Below are positions 23,461 through 37,731 of a DNA stretch of 64,000 nt, piece by piece; positions within the stretch are counted from its first letter, which is position 1, and each line of letters begins with the position of its first letter. Location of the stretch: the NCBI RefSeq assembly GCF_006345805.1, contig NC_042997.1, positions 150,598,001 to 150,662,000 of the forward strand, read 5' to 3'. Source of the DNA: Octopus sinensis. Taxonomy: Eukaryota. The notes below the pieces were generated by a model. The model ran no database searches and was not told the origin of the DNA. It saw nothing but the letters and a program-made list of their open reading frames with translations. Both the position numbers and the translations under genes were made by a program.

Positions 23461-24222
23461 CTAGCGTTAAGATTTGAACAAATATTCTTTAAATAACCAA
23501 TATAAATGTAAATCATGAAAATGTTTAAGACTCCAAGGAATCAATATACAACCAAACAATTACGACTATTCTTTCTAACACAGTTTCCATGTTGAGTTAC
23601 GGTATTGTAGACATTGCCTCTTTGGCACAGTAACACGGAAATGAAAATTGGCTTATTCAAAAGTATACTTTGGCACTTATGCTAAGGAGTTTTGCGTACC
23701 CTTACGGCATAAGCCATGATTAACTCATAGCCTAATAATTCACTACTTCAAATATCACTAAGTTTGTCATGATAATTAATTTCAAGTTACAATATTATAT
23801 GTATTAAACATACATAATTCGATGTACGGATGTTTTTAGGATAATAGTTCGAAGTTGATCGAGTAGAGCTTTACGTACAACATATCTTACGGGATTCTAT
23901 ATAGTTTCTGCCGAAGCTAACTCACGCACAAGTCCTGGATCGATCAGAGTCTTTTAGTTCATTTGCTTAAAATACCACGCAGCGAATCCGAATGCATGAT
24001 GCCATGGTCACTAAGAGAAACTGTTAAACATTCCCATATGCATGTATATGTATAGGAAGAGTGATATAGATAGGCAGATAGACAGACAGAGAGACAGACA
24101 GACATATAGATAGATAGATAGATAGATAGACAGACCGACAGACACACAGACACACAGAAAGATAGATTGATTGATAGATAAAGTGAGAGAGGTAGGTAAA
24201 AAGAACGATAGCGAGAGAGAGG

Positions 24223-24260
<38 letters not shown>

Positions 24261-24610
24261 GATGGGTAAATGTACATACATTTGTTCACTCCGTTTTAGT
24301 TTCGACATCGTATAATGCGTTGCCTCCATTTTTGCTCCTAACTTTCGATGTTCTTGTAGCATCGCCAGAGGAAATATGGTGAACATGTAGCGATGCAAAA
24401 TGACACCACTGCTGATGGGATGATTTTAACACTCAGTATTAAATTAATTGAAGAAAGCCGCATCTACCTCTGCATTAGCATTATTGGCAAAATATTTAGT
24501 TATCACATTAAATGATGAAGGTGATGGCCGAAAATGACTGACTGTGAATAGATATTGCTCTTGTTTTTTTTTTCTGCAAATAAATATAATATATATATAT
24601 ATATATATAT

Positions 24611-26303
24611 AATAGAAATATGTTACAAAAAGTAAATAGAAACTGCAAGTGGAAATGTAAGGGGTAAGTAAGAAGAAAAATAAGTGTAAATGCACATTCG
24701 AAATCAAAAACTAAAGGACGTTGTAAGAAAAAAAACGATAGACATATACAATTAGATGAACTGAGATATGAATAAAAGTAATAAAAGTCATTATTGTGAG
24801 GTATTAAAGAGTTTTATAAGCACACCGGTTTCGTAGAATTACTAATCATTGCTTTGAATGTACACCGATTATTGAACGGTGTCAGGTCTACTAGTCCCTG
24901 AGTAAAACGATTATCAGTAAGGGAGGTAAGTAGCTCTGGATTTGGTGCAATTAGGGTAGATATAGATCTGTTATGTGAATAGTTTATGGGATGTATGGGG
25001 GTTAGTCTTATTAATTGAAAGGTTAGTGTAGTGTTCTGTATTATGTTGTGTTCATATCGAGTTGTGGAAGATATTTATTGATGAAAGTTGCATCTTTATT
25101 CATTCTTTGTCTTACTGTATATATAAAGTGTGAGAGAGCGAGAGAGATACATGCATATATATATATATATATAATATATATATATAATAGAAATATGTTA
25201 CAAAAAGTAAATAGAAACTGCAAGTGGAAATGTAAGGGGTAAGTAAGAAGAAAAATAAGTGTAAATGCACATTCGAAATCAAAAACTAAAGGACGTTGTA
25301 AGAAAAAAAACGATAGACATATACAATTAGATGAACTGAGATATGAATAAAAGTAATAAAAGTCATTATTGTGAGGTATTAAAGAGTTTTATAAGCACAC
25401 CGGTTTCGTAGAATTACTAATCATTGCTTTGAATGTACACCGATTATTGAACGGTGTCAGGTCTACTAGTCCCTGAGTAAAACGATTATCAGTAAGGGAG
25501 GTAAGTAGCTCTGGATTTGGTGCAATTAGGGTAGATATAGATCTGTTATGTGAATAGTTTATGGGATGTATGGGGGTTAGTCTTATTAATTGAAAGGTTA
25601 GTGTAGTGTTCTGTATTATGTTGTGTTCATATCGAGTTGTGGAAGATATTTATTGATGAAAGTTGCATCTTTATTCATTCTTTGTCTTACTGTATATATA
25701 AAGTGTGAGAGAGCGAGAGAGATACATGCATATATATATATATATATAATATATATATATATAATAGAAATATGTTACAAAAAGTAAATAGAAACTGCAA
25801 GTGGAAATGTAAGGGGTAAGTAAGAAGAAAAATAAGTGTAAATGCACATTCGAAATCAAAAACTAAAGGACGTTGTAAGAAAAAAAACGATAGACATATA
25901 CAATTAGATGAACTGAGATATGAATAAAAGTAATAAAAGTCATTATTGTGAGGTATTAAAGAGTTTTATAAGCACACCGGTTTCGTAGAATTACTAATCA
26001 TTGCTTTGAATGTACACCGATTATTGAACGGTGTCAGGTCTACTAGTCCCTGAGTAAAACGATTATCAGTAAGGGAGGTAAGTAGCTCTGGATTTGGTGC
26101 AATTAGGGTAGATATAGATCTGTTATGTGAATAGTTTATGGGATGTATGGGGGTTAGTCTTATTAATTGAAAGGTTAGTGTAGTGTTCTGTATTATGTTG
26201 TGTTCATATCGAGTTGTGGAAGATATTTATTGATGAAAGTTGCATCTTTATTCATTCTTTGTCTTACTGTATATATAAAGTGTGAGAGAGCGAGAGAGAT
26301 ACA

Positions 26304-26306
<3 letters not shown>
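24611..26306. repeat. Triple tandem duplication of an approximately 575-bp unit
   Basis: AATAGAAATATGTTAC starts at 24611, 25186 and 25763; copies appear identical outside the (TA)n junctions. Confidence 0.97.
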
Positions 26307-26348
<42 letters not shown>

Positions 26349-26824
26349 AATAGACATGTAAAGGTGTGAGCATAATTGGGTGGAAGCATAAGAGTGAGTT
26401 TAATAAGTCCAATTCATATCCATTTAGAGGCTAATTCAGTAGTTCTGGGTGAATTTTTGCTCTTGCTTCTTGCATCAGATTATCGGGACGATCAATACAT
26501 AATGAACGAGATTCGGCATGAGGAAATCGTAGACACTCATCATAAGTGCATTGTATATGTGTGTTCTGTGTTTGCGTATCTCTGTGTGTAGGTGTTCAAT
26601 AATGCCTAGCGGAATATGCGTTCACATGTCGACCTAATTTTAAGAACTTGCGATAATCAATTATATAAACCTGAGTACATGGTTTCACCTATATTATTGA
26701 CTTCAAATCTATGTTAAGACCAATTTTACTTCGGCAAAATGTAAAGATTACGAAGAAATATTGGCAAGCATTTTTTTCAGAGACCTAACGGTTTTGCAAT
26801 CTCTCCACACTGACAATATTGATA

Positions 26825-26862
<38 letters not shown>

Positions 26863-26869
26863 CGTTTCT

Positions 26870-27058
26870 ACAATAGGCACAAGACTTGAAATTTGGTGGC
26901 AGGGGACTAGTGTTTCGGCCCTGGTGTTTCACTGGTGCTTTATTTATCAACCGCGAGAGTATGAAAGGCAAAGACGACCTCGGCTGAATTTTCACTCAGA
27001 ACGTAAAGACGGACGAAGAACAACATGCCAACGATTCTGTCAACTCACCGCCTTAACA
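26870..27058 (-). mobile_element. Diverged SINE family A copy with the old-type tail (a similar copy lies at about 31250-31425)
   Basis: + strand TATGAAAGGCAAAGACGACCTCGGC..ACTCAGAACGTAAAGACGGACGAA...CACCGCCTTA. Confidence 0.75.
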
Positions 27059-27775
27059 ACAACAATAATAATAATTGTTTCACAGTTTGTCATATGGTCA
27101 GCAATGTCTTAGTGGATGAAGTAAATCGATGACATCGTCTCGTGGACTCAGCTTGTACATATTTTAACTACACCGACATCATAAAAGGCAACATTGATCA
27201 CGACTCGTACAGATCCTGAAGAAATGCCGTTAAGCCAACACTATTGACTTCGCTACTATTAGTCTTACCGACTGACTCGAGAAGGTTTCATTACATGGTC
27301 TAAAATGGTGAAGCATGATTTGTTGTTTTTACCAAGTTGCTATTTAGACAAATTTCATTTCTTTCCTGTGTCGTTCAAAAATGATGATCTGCTGCTCTTA
27401 TAAGATTTATCTCCCTTGTATTTGATGTATATTTCAAGCGCACCTATGAGTAGTTAACTTTAAGTGATTATCTTGATTATTTCAGTAATTTAATTATTTT
27501 TTTTAAATCACTGTATTACATATGTGAAACCATACCACATGGGAGTTTAGAATGCACAACGCTGTCTTCATGATACTGCATTAAACAGTTGTAAGTTGGT
27601 AATTGTGAAATTATATATTTATTATATATTCATATATTTTAGATTAAGTGGCGTGTATGTGAACACATATGAGCACATGTGTGCCTGCATATTTACACAC
27701 AAATGCACGAATAGATGCAAATATATGAGTATATACATGTTTATGTGTTTGTATATATGCGTATATATCTACCTA

Positions 27776-27825
<50 letters not shown>

Positions 27826-27863
27826 CATGTGTATATATATTATATATATGTGTATATATATAC

Positions 27864-27902
<39 letters not shown>

Positions 27903-29449
27903 CATGTATGGATATATTCATATATATATATATATATATATACATATATATATACGTACACAGCCATGCGCACACAGACACGCACGTACACATTCACATA
28001 TATGCAGAGAAGCTGAAAGTGACAAAGAGAAGTGACTATCTATATGTACAATCTATCAGTAGTCATTTATAAGTATATATTATTCCCGTCAACTTCAATC
28101 ACTTTTTAACTCCAGAGCTTTATAAAACTTCACTTGATTTCAAAAATCACCAATGTCGACATCTCTTATTAGTAAACTTCTGGGAATACAGACCGCTTTT
28201 TCATTAAGAAATTGCTATAGTACAAAAATCATTTTCTATTTATCTCTCTCTTCTCCACAATTCACTAGTAGAAATTTAAGCAATAATAACAATGTTAAAT
28301 CGCTTTCTTTCTCGTTTTTTCTTTCTTTCCTTTTTATTTAATCCTTTCTTTCTTTTGATTGTCTCTCTTTTAAACGTATCAAGGAATAACATTAAAATCA
28401 GCTGAACGAAGAGACCGAGGAAAATTTCAGCATGAAAGAGTTCATTATTTCACGAAACCGTCAATACGCTTGACCCCCAGGTTAAATATGCTGGAAAGTT
28501 TCACCATATTAATGCTTTCTATTGAGAGTGTTTTCATTTCCCTTTGGTAGAATTATAGTTTAACCAATCAGGTGCATTGATTGAACACTGTGTTTCCAAT
28601 ATTATCTAATCAGATAGACGTTCAGCTTAAGGCAATAAAAGCCGAAGTACGTTTAGAATAATCATTTGGACGTCAGTGGCCAAATTGGTACTACTGGACA
28701 TGAGGGACTACAAACGTTCTTCAAATGAACAAGAATGATAAGTTGTACAGGCATCAGAAAATGCAAATATGGAAATCTTCAATTGGCAGCAGTTATTTAA
28801 GCTAAAGTGAATCAACAATGAAACTATACATATATTTATTAGTTGATTTTCTTTTCGAGAACACTTTCTTAAGCCAACTTCCCCAAAGTTATCAAGTTAT
28901 TTATTTTTGAATTAGATTTTCAAAGAAGGATATTCTAATTTGAATTTGAAATCAAAGTTTGAAAGAAAGAGAAAACGGCTCAAAGCACACACAGCTCGAA
29001 GTTCTGTTGTTAAGTTAAGTTTATTTCATTTCATTGGCAAATTTCATACATTCAAAGGAAACTTTATCCGGTAAGATAATCCAAATAATGTATTATACTC
29101 AATTTCTTAAGAAGTGAATTAAAATGTATTTCAGAATAATGCATCCAGTCTTCATTTTCTTTATATTTTTTGTTCGTTTTATGTATTTTGTGATTGACGT
29201 TGTATCACTTAAATATATTAGCGTGTAAATATACAGATAATTTATTTCGCATAAGCAAACCAAGTCTTTCTCTGTTCGTATATGAATGTGGTATCAGGTG
29301 TTAATACAGAATTGACTGAGTAATAATGCTTTCATACATCACCATTGCACGCATACACGAGCGTGTATATATCACATGGATGTATGTATATCGTCAAGTG
29401 CAAATTATTTGAAAATTATTCTTCCTTTACGTGTTCGAACGCATCATGT

Positions 29450-30900
29450 GTGATATGAATTTTGGACAACACAAACACTCACTCAGGCAAGAGAACTGCA
29501 GTTCTAATTATCTCTTATCATGCATTCCAGTATCAAACGTTCACAGATCAGCCTTTACCTAAAGTCATCTAATTTTGCTCGCGTATTGAATACTACAATA
29601 TTTGTCATCTTTGCAATGTCCTATTATTTGAAAAACGTTTACATCTGCATGAATGGTGAAATCACTGCCTTTATTTCTGATTAATTTCTCTGCATTGTTT
29701 CTGACTACGTCGATATCTGGATAGTTGTGTTGGTGAAATGGGTTGTTTGTTAGCCCTATTTAAAATTGAATGTAGCTGAAACGTATTATAACTATGCCCC
29801 TTCGGTTTTTTGATGGGTACCTCTCTAAGTAAACTTTTTTCCTAGTTTCATAGTGGAGGTGAGATTTGAGAAATATTTGGTTGCCAAATGAAGAAATATG
29901 AACAACGACACAACTATACCATCATTTAAATCTATATCTTTTGTTCACTTGATAGCCATTTAAGTTCCATTGACTATCAATTATCTTACTAAAAAATGCA
30001 TTACTAGTTTAATTAAAGAACAAAAGCGACACTTAATCCGGAAAGAAATACTGTTATTTTGTTTTAATTCATATTAGTGAATTCGATTAAGGCAAATTAG
30101 CGTTTGAATACAAAACAATAGAAAAAGGAAAGTGAAAGAGAAAAGGAAACCATCCCAAAAGATTACTTGGGAGGAAACATTGGTCATTTAATTTACATTT
30201 CTAAGAAAATAATAACATGATTTATTTATTGGCCACAGTAGTTTATTTCACAGTGTTTGGTTTCGTGTTCATGGTACCATTACGTTTATTCTTCCACTTC
30301 GATATCATTATTAAGAAAGCGGTATTCATTAAATGTGTTTTTCACTCAGGAACGAAATGAAGAGTATATCATCCTTTAGAGAGTCCACACGTTTAATGGA
30401 AAAGATAAAGGTATCCATAAGCCGATGATTTGACCCGAAGGCTTGTAATAGAAAGCCCTGTGAAAAACACCGATAAAGAGGCGGCGGTGTTAAGCCGTTT
30501 GACTGATTATTTCTACTACACAAATCGGCCATTACGTAATTCTAATTACAAAAGCAAAGATTCGTCACATGTAATGTGCGTCATGTCCTCGTTCGCTGCA
30601 AGGTCTCCGTCAATTCACTATACAGAATTAGTCAATTTTTTAAGGAACCGGGAAGGACGAACTCTAAATACTGCTATCTTTTGTCTGCTTCAAATAGTTA
30701 ACCCTTCTAGTTATAATATCCTTCAAAATATCATGATCATCCACATCAACATCATCTGAAATATTATGTAGATAATAGTCATTGAATACAGCGAACTGTT
30801 ACTCAGAATAAACCTGACGACAAACCGTTTCATCGGACAAAATATAGTGAACGAGATGGCTTCACTAATGGTAGCTGTAGCAGATTGTAAGTCAGCTTCA
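29450..30900 (-). pseudogene. Decayed coding-like segment, possibly sacsin-like repeat region
   Basis: Minus frame LTNNPFHQHNYPDIDVVRNNAEKLIRNKG..VFQIIGHCKDDK resembles recalled sacsin LDPPLDKVINNCRNIC..VLRSIYEFL; further stop-riddled frames at 30330-30900. Confidence 0.35.
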
Positions 30901-31893
30901 ACGATTTGGCAAGAAATTAATGGGAGCGAATGTTTAATTCACCGACAAATGTTATCACATTGCACACAATAGTAATAGATAAAATAAAGGGTGGGTGGAC
31001 ATTGAATGGGGTAGTAATATCATTCGTATTCTTAAAATTTACAAATTCTAACTAGCTACAGCCGTAGTACTTATGGTGAGAAGAAGTTGAAGTAAAGGAA
31101 AATGATACTGGTATAATAGAGAGGCATGGGAATAGTGCTATGATATAATAAAGTGAAGAGATAGGAAAGAGGACAGACGATTATTAGAATAACGAGTAGC
31201 ATAACAAAATGGAATTTAGAAATCAAATACTGAAATAAATATCGTTTTCAAATTTAGGCCCAAGGACAGCAATTGAGAGGAAATGCTCAACTGGCACTTA
31301 TGTTATCGGCCCCAAAATTATGAAAGGGAAAGTCGGCGAAATTTGAACTCAGGGCGTAAAGGCGGGCAAAATACCTCTGAGCATTTTGCACGAAGTACCA
31401 ATGATTCTGGCAGCTAGTCGCCTTAAATACCGAAATAAATATCAAAACCTAAAACAAGGGCTAGAATGCACGTGAGACATGCAACATAGATTCGAGTATG
31501 CAGTTTTGGTGTTCGCTATTCCCACAGGTGCATCATGACACGAACGTCTATTCGCAAACTTAGTACATAGCACATGCTGATTTTGATGTCAAGTGATCGT
31601 TGGATATGGACGGTCATATCACCATGAATTATGCAATAGCATAGCGCCACAGGTGATAGATTTGCCAGATCGATTATACGGATGATCTTCACTAGATTTA
31701 TAATATAATACAATCCGAAGGGATAAATTCGAAGTTCGGGTTGAATAAATCTAAATACCATATAACATAAATTTTACTTCTATTTCACTATACCTCCCAA
31801 CAATAATCCCACGGAGCAGAGTAAATTCTACTGAAGAACCTCTCAAACACCTTTATGATAAACCTGTCAGTCGATTCAAAGCATCAGAATTAC

Positions 31894-31946
<53 letters not shown>

Positions 31947-33837
31947 TACACACACACGTGCACAAGCATGGATATATCTAAATTATTTCTTCAAGTATTA
32001 CTAACATCAAATTTTAGCGAGTGAAGGCTGGTGGCACGTATACTAAGAAGAAATACAACATTTAGAGGACTAACCTCTAAAAGTGGACAGCCTATATGCT
32101 AAACATAGACGTCAAATCACCATTACCACGAAGATTGTGTTCTCAATAAAAAGCTCAGCAAAAAACCGTATCTCTGTATATGTGTGTAAATATATGTATG
32201 TATATGTATATGTAGGTATCATCGCGTCACAGAGAACAACGAAGACGGCTTTGTGGCCAAGAATATCCATAAATTTTGTTGTATCTCTTGTAAACGAATA
32301 TTCAAAACAGCATACAGGTTTTTCAGACGGTGGCATGTTTTCCCCAATGAACTATAGTTGGATCTAGTTGAAACAGTATTACTGAAGGTATGATGTTGCA
32401 TTAAATAAAACATTTTATAGCTCATTTCTCGCTATTCATAATATAATGAGAACATTATTGACAAACTTAGTCAAAAAAAATTATTGAAGAAATGTATAAT
32501 AATCATACCCACGGGAAGTTAAAATAGATCAGTGCTGAGAAAGTGACTGTGAGGTCAGAAGTTTGCTACCCATGTACGTGACAAATATTTCAACCCTACT
32601 GTGCGGCAATATAAGTAAGTCTCTCCTACCCTCGGGTTAAGCAAAGCGTTGTGAGCGCATTTGGTAGATCGAAGCTTGAAGTAACCTGTCGTAGAAAAAC
32701 ACACGCATATGTTGTGTGTGTTTGTGTGAATGCTTGTGTTTGTGTCTGCTTATGACCTCCACACCGCTTTACAACAGGTGTTGGTGTGTTTATGTCCTGT
32801 AAATTAGCGGTGGGTAAAATACATTAATAAAATATGAAGCGAGATTTTTTTTAATGTGTGCTACAATCACTGGGCTTGGTTCGTTCGACTAAAATCCTTC
32901 AAGACGGTGCTCCAGCAAAGCCAAAGTCTTATGACTAATACAAGTAAAGAATATCATCGTCTGGAGTATTTAGGCGTGGCCGGAAGTTTGTGACTGGCTC
33001 GTGGCCAGAAAAGCCGTTAAGGTATCTAAAGCTCTCATTGTGGAAGGGATATAATGCCACATTAAACGGAGGTAACTTGCATGAAATCATTTTAATTGTG
33101 GCTGTTGATAAAATACATTCCAGCATTTTAATGAATAGTCTAGAGACACATGGGCGTTTGTATTTTCGGCCAAAAGTCATGGATAATGTAAATCTGATAC
33201 AGACACTTCATATGCAAAACATAATTTTCACACTTGCGTAACTCTCACATAAATGTTTCACTTGGTAAATAGAAATATACTGTGTGAGGTACCCACCAAA
33301 TTATGCTAATATGTGTGTCCAGTTAATCACTGATAACTGATGAAAAAAATATAGGCGAAACGTGTTGAAGTGTCGATGAAGTGTGCATGAAGTATAATAT
33401 TCGACTCGGAGAAAATACTTTGCATATGAATTGTACAAGAAATATTGCTCTACTGCGTCATCTCTGCTGATATGCTATTAAATTATGAATATATTTTTAA
33501 TTGTTTCGGGTCAATCTTATAGTTTATTCTCACAGGTTATCCAAAGGGGTATTACCTTGAATTTAAACCTAGTTTTCTATTAGAAATGTATTATGTATCC
33601 TAATTTAGAATAGCAGTATTGTAATCTCTTCGATGCTAGACCAATTTTTATTTTAAATTATCATGAGTTAGAGACTGTATTCAAAACGAAATTGTACTTA
33701 GTGTTAAGGGGTTGCAATAGAAATAATATCTCTTATCGAATAAAAGAAAGATACTTGAACTCACTTTAAATTTGTTTGATTCCTTCAGATTTATCGGACA
33801 ATTCAGGTTAGCATACCTACACACACACACACATACA

Positions 33838-33887
<50 letters not shown>

Positions 33888-34006
33888 TATATATATATAT
33901 ATAATATTAATTAGAGACAAAACCACTATTTTGCAAATCAAACGAAGAAAGACTTAATCCAATACATAAAAACAATTTTAATATAAATTAAATAAAATTA
34001 TATTCG

Positions 34007-34052
34007 CCACTACAATTGTTTCATGTCTCTTCTCAGGACATTCATCAGGTGG
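34007..34052 (-). ncRNA. Minimal type I hammerhead ribozyme
   Basis: Reverse complement of 34106-34151. Confidence 0.88.
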
Positions 34053-34105
34053 ATTTCAGATCTTCTATTCTATTTTAACTTAAAATAGAATAGAAGATCT
34101 GAAAT

Positions 34106-34151
34106 CCACCTGATGAATGTCCTGAGAAGAGACATGAAACAATTGTAGTGG
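34106..34151 (+). ncRNA. Minimal type I hammerhead ribozyme
   Basis: CCAC-CTGATGA-ATGTC-ctgagaaga-GACAT-GAA-ACAATTGT-A-GTGG: intact core, 5-bp stem II, palindromic stem III. Confidence 0.88.
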
Positions 34152-34589
34152 CGAATATAATTTTATTTAATTTATATTAAAATTTTTTTTATGTATTGGA
34201 TTAAGTCTTTCTTTGTTTGATTTGCAAAATAGTGCTTTTGTCTCTAATTAATATTATATAATATTTTACTATAAAATTGGATTCAATCCTAAATCTGATT
34301 TTCCCTGTAAATTTGGATTTATTCCCTAATATTAATTATTATATATATATATATACGCACACACACATGATTAATATCACGGTAATAAAGATTTTGGAAA
34401 TTTTTACTACCAGTGCGTTAGTGTATAGAAAAATTATATATGTGTGTGTATATATAATATATACCAAACCAGGAGGAAAACGGTAACAAATCCATTCGAA
34501 AGGTAGACAAAACAAAATGTTCACACAAAACAATTTTCAACATATTTTTTGAAAACACTATAACAGCACCTTTCAACCATAAAATGTTA

Positions 34590-36330
34590 CACTAAACGCT
34601 GGGGAAAACCTTTTACGTTGTGGAACTAGGACGAATTTTCAGCCCGAACTCACTCGCCACGTGGGAAATAGTAGTCTTTATATTTCGCCTACACCATAAA
34701 AGCACGTGGAAATCATACCACAGTTCTTCTTTACAGTGACTGTCATACTCTTGCGTTTAATTTCATAGCACCTTCCCAGTGTCTTCTGCAGCAGATATGT
34801 CTAACCTCTGAACAGGATTCCAGCTGAACTGGTCAGGCCCATGGTACTTCCACAGATGGTTCACATGCAAAATTTTCGCGCGAAAACTCTTGCCTCCTGG
34901 AATCCGTTATGTTACATCGGACAACCGATTCATCATCGTACATGATCCTCCCCAATGACTCTGAAGCTTCGGCGACTGTCCCCTTTTCTGTTAAGGGTTA
35001 TGAAACCACACTTCCCCACCCTCCTTAAAGTTGATCTCACTAGCCCTGGCGACATGCCGACGTTTCATAACTTCACCCGAAAAGTTCAGAGCTTCACTAA
35101 CTTGCTGGTGTACCTCCGTCAGATTCGCTTGCATACGTATTACATAGCTGGAGGTTTCCCTAGGCAGCTCTTCACCAGATGTTCTCTCAACATCAGATCA
35201 AATATGAGTTTCACTCCGTAGCTGAGCATCAGCTTTTCAGATATATAGCCAGGAGTTTCATGCGTCACTGAAAGATAAGTCAGCAATAACGCAGATAACT
35301 TCAAATTCCATGCTTGGTTAGTTCTTGTCGTAATGTCCAATTCAATTTCTCCACCATTCCATCTGAGTGTGGTCTGAATGGGTTGTCATTGTATCCTTAG
35401 TCCCCAACAGCTTACAACACTCCTGAAATACAGCTGATTCAATATTCCTACACTGATCGAAATTCAACCCCTGAGGCACACGAACGGACAGAATAACTGG
35501 TCTACCAACACTTGCGCAACATTAGTTGCTTGTTCATAATGTATGACATAAACCTCTGGCCACTATGTGAAGTAGTCCATAGTCACACATATACACTGAT
35601 TTCCTCTCAAATACGATGCCATCATCCAGAGAGATGAGTGCTGCCTCCCAGTTTAGGCCCTCCATTACTCGATCCATGAGGCACAAGAATGTTGCACCAG
35701 CCGAATGGCATGATATTGAACTGCCACCAACATATGTCCCTATGAAAATGCAGTCTTTTTCGGCAAACTTGGGTTAATGGTATCTGGCTTCCATATCAAT
35801 TGTATAGAACCACCGGGTTCCTGCTAAAGCATCAAGCGTGTCGTCAATTCTTTGCATGGGATACGCATCCTTTGCTGTCACTTCATTCAGCGCGCTATTA
35901 TCCACACAACATCTCACTGTCCCGTCTTTCGTCCGTACTAAAAGAACTGCTGATGAGCAGGAACTGCCCCGATTTTTCTATTACTTCCTGATGTCGAAAT
36001 TCTTCCATCAATTCCTCAATTTCCTGTAGCTGATCTGGGTTCTTTCGTTGAACCGGTTGCTTGATTGAGCGATAGCCTTCACTCTCGATATGGTGCTCTA
36101 CCAGCTTCGTGCAACCGAGGTCTATGCCTCCCACAGAGAAAACATCAGCATATCTCACTAGCAACTGCCTGGCGACTCCGTGCAAACAGATCTTGCAAAT
36201 GCACAGGCAAACCACTTTTCTACCAACTACAACTGATGGGAAGCGCTATCCTATTTCTCTGCTGAGTGTCAAGTTCCGCAAATGTCCCAAATCCCTGTTT
36301 GACGTATTTCATGTCAATGTAATTTCCGAT
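34590..36330 (-). mobile_element. Degenerate Ty3/Gypsy LTR-retrotransposon pol fragment
   Basis: YADVFS..DLGCTKLVEHHI..SIKQP; LVRTKDGTVRCCVD..LNEVTAKDAYPMQRIDDTLDAL; IMPFG; LISLDDGIVF; many stops and frameshifts; no LTRs recognised. Confidence 0.88.
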
Positions 36331-37275
36331 CATTGAGTTAAATATAAATTTCCAGGAATTTTAGAGTATACTTCAGTCTACTTAGCCACCTTCACAATTA
36401 AAGTCATTGTGTATATCAGATATGTGTTTATATTTCATATATGCATATGTATATTTGCTTTTTTTATGTATAAAATAAATATATTTGCGTGTTTATATAT
36501 AGAATTCATTTGAATCAACGTATTTTATCATTCAGAGTTGAGCTCAGTATATACGTGTATATCCAATATACTACACATCTGTACATACTCGTACACATAC
36601 CTATGCCTGTTCACACACATTTTGCAAGTAGGCAAATTCCAGATCCAACTTAGGGAAGGTTCCAATTATGATGTTCGCATAAACTAAGATCTGAAATGGG
36701 TTAAAATTTCAATCCAGCTGTTTCATACAAATATTTTAGTAATGAATAATTGGATTACGTCTTGAAAAAGCCGTTTTATTTAAGGTGAATTAAGAATTTA
36801 AAATTTTGGTTCGTAGAAAAAAACAGCAGAAGATGTGGAAAGTGAATTTACCCACCACTTTTTTTAGGCAAATCTCAAACCTAATGCGCTAATAATTATG
36901 TTAGAGTGTTTCTAGACAATGGACAAGCGATGAATAAAATTTGTTTACATCAAAGAATAATATCCTTTGTCCTCAATCAGGATCACGTAGCACTACCTAC
37001 ATCTCGTCATTGATAGTGTCGTATTTCTCCATTTTTCCCTTTTTATACGCCTTTCTGTATTTACTCTCGCGTCTTTCAACCAACTTCAGCATTCTCTCCC
37101 TGCTACCAAACCACGTTCATACAGCGAATTTCCCCTTCTGCCTCCTACCGGCCTCTATAAATAGATCCCCTCCTTCCATTGTAATATTCTCTCCTCCCTT
37201 TTTCCGCTTCTATTTGCATTCGCAATACCGTTCACACTTTATTTACATTATTTACATTATTTACATTTGACGAAT

Positions 37276-37321
37276 AACGCAACGTTTCGGCTGATATAAC
37301 ATCCAGCCTTCATCAGGTGTC
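37276..37321 (-). ncRNA. Minimal type I hammerhead ribozyme (ACGU palindromic stem III)
   Basis: Minus: GACAC-CTGATGA-A-GGCTG(loop)CAGCC-GAA-ACGT-T-GCGTT; stem I has one mismatch. Confidence 0.75.
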
Positions 37322-37388
37322 TTGGGGAAATTTCGAACCTGGATTCTCATTCCTAAGGTATTTTTCGACGTTGTTGTTGTTATTATTA

Positions 37389-37427
37389 CTGATGAAGGCT
37401 GGAGGGTATATCAGCCGAAACGTTGTT
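37389..37427 (+). ncRNA. Hammerhead core with the 5' strand of stem I lost
   Basis: CTGATGA-AGGCTG-gagggtatat-CAGCC-GAAACGTT; upstream sequence replaced by a TTA/GTT repeat. Confidence 0.6.
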
Positions 37428-37692
37428 TTCACAACAAACAAGATGAGGACAAATATCGTCAAATGTAAATAATGTAAATATTGTACGTAATTCCTTATCT
37501 CTTAAATGTACAACCGTTCACACTTATCTGTTATCTGTTCAAAAAACAACTGACACACGGTCTTATTTTCAACTTGAGAATGGCGGAATAAAGTATTATT
37601 TCGATCAGAAACACTCTGGGTAACTGCATTTAACAGATTTGTGGGATTTTTTTCTTGAGATTATCTATTTATATCTCTTCCTCTCTCTCTCT

Positions 37693-37731
<39 letters not shown>

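Larger units (their letters stand above)
33901..34340. mobile_element. Fold-back PLE pseudo-LTR fragment (family 1), arms about 175 bp
   Basis: Near-perfect palindrome centred near 34079, flanked by (CA)n/(TA)n. Confidence 0.9.
37246..37480. mobile_element. Fold-back PLE pseudo-LTR fragment (family 2) with hammerheads in both arms
   Basis: Arms TTTACATTATTTACATTTGACGA / TCGTCAAATGTAAATAATGTAAA and AACGTTTCGGCTGATATA / TATATCAGCCGAAACGTT. Confidence 0.85.

Noticed and set aside
33337-33366. CTGATGA...GAAACGTGTT
   Set aside because: Stem II and stem I do not pair; too degenerate to call.
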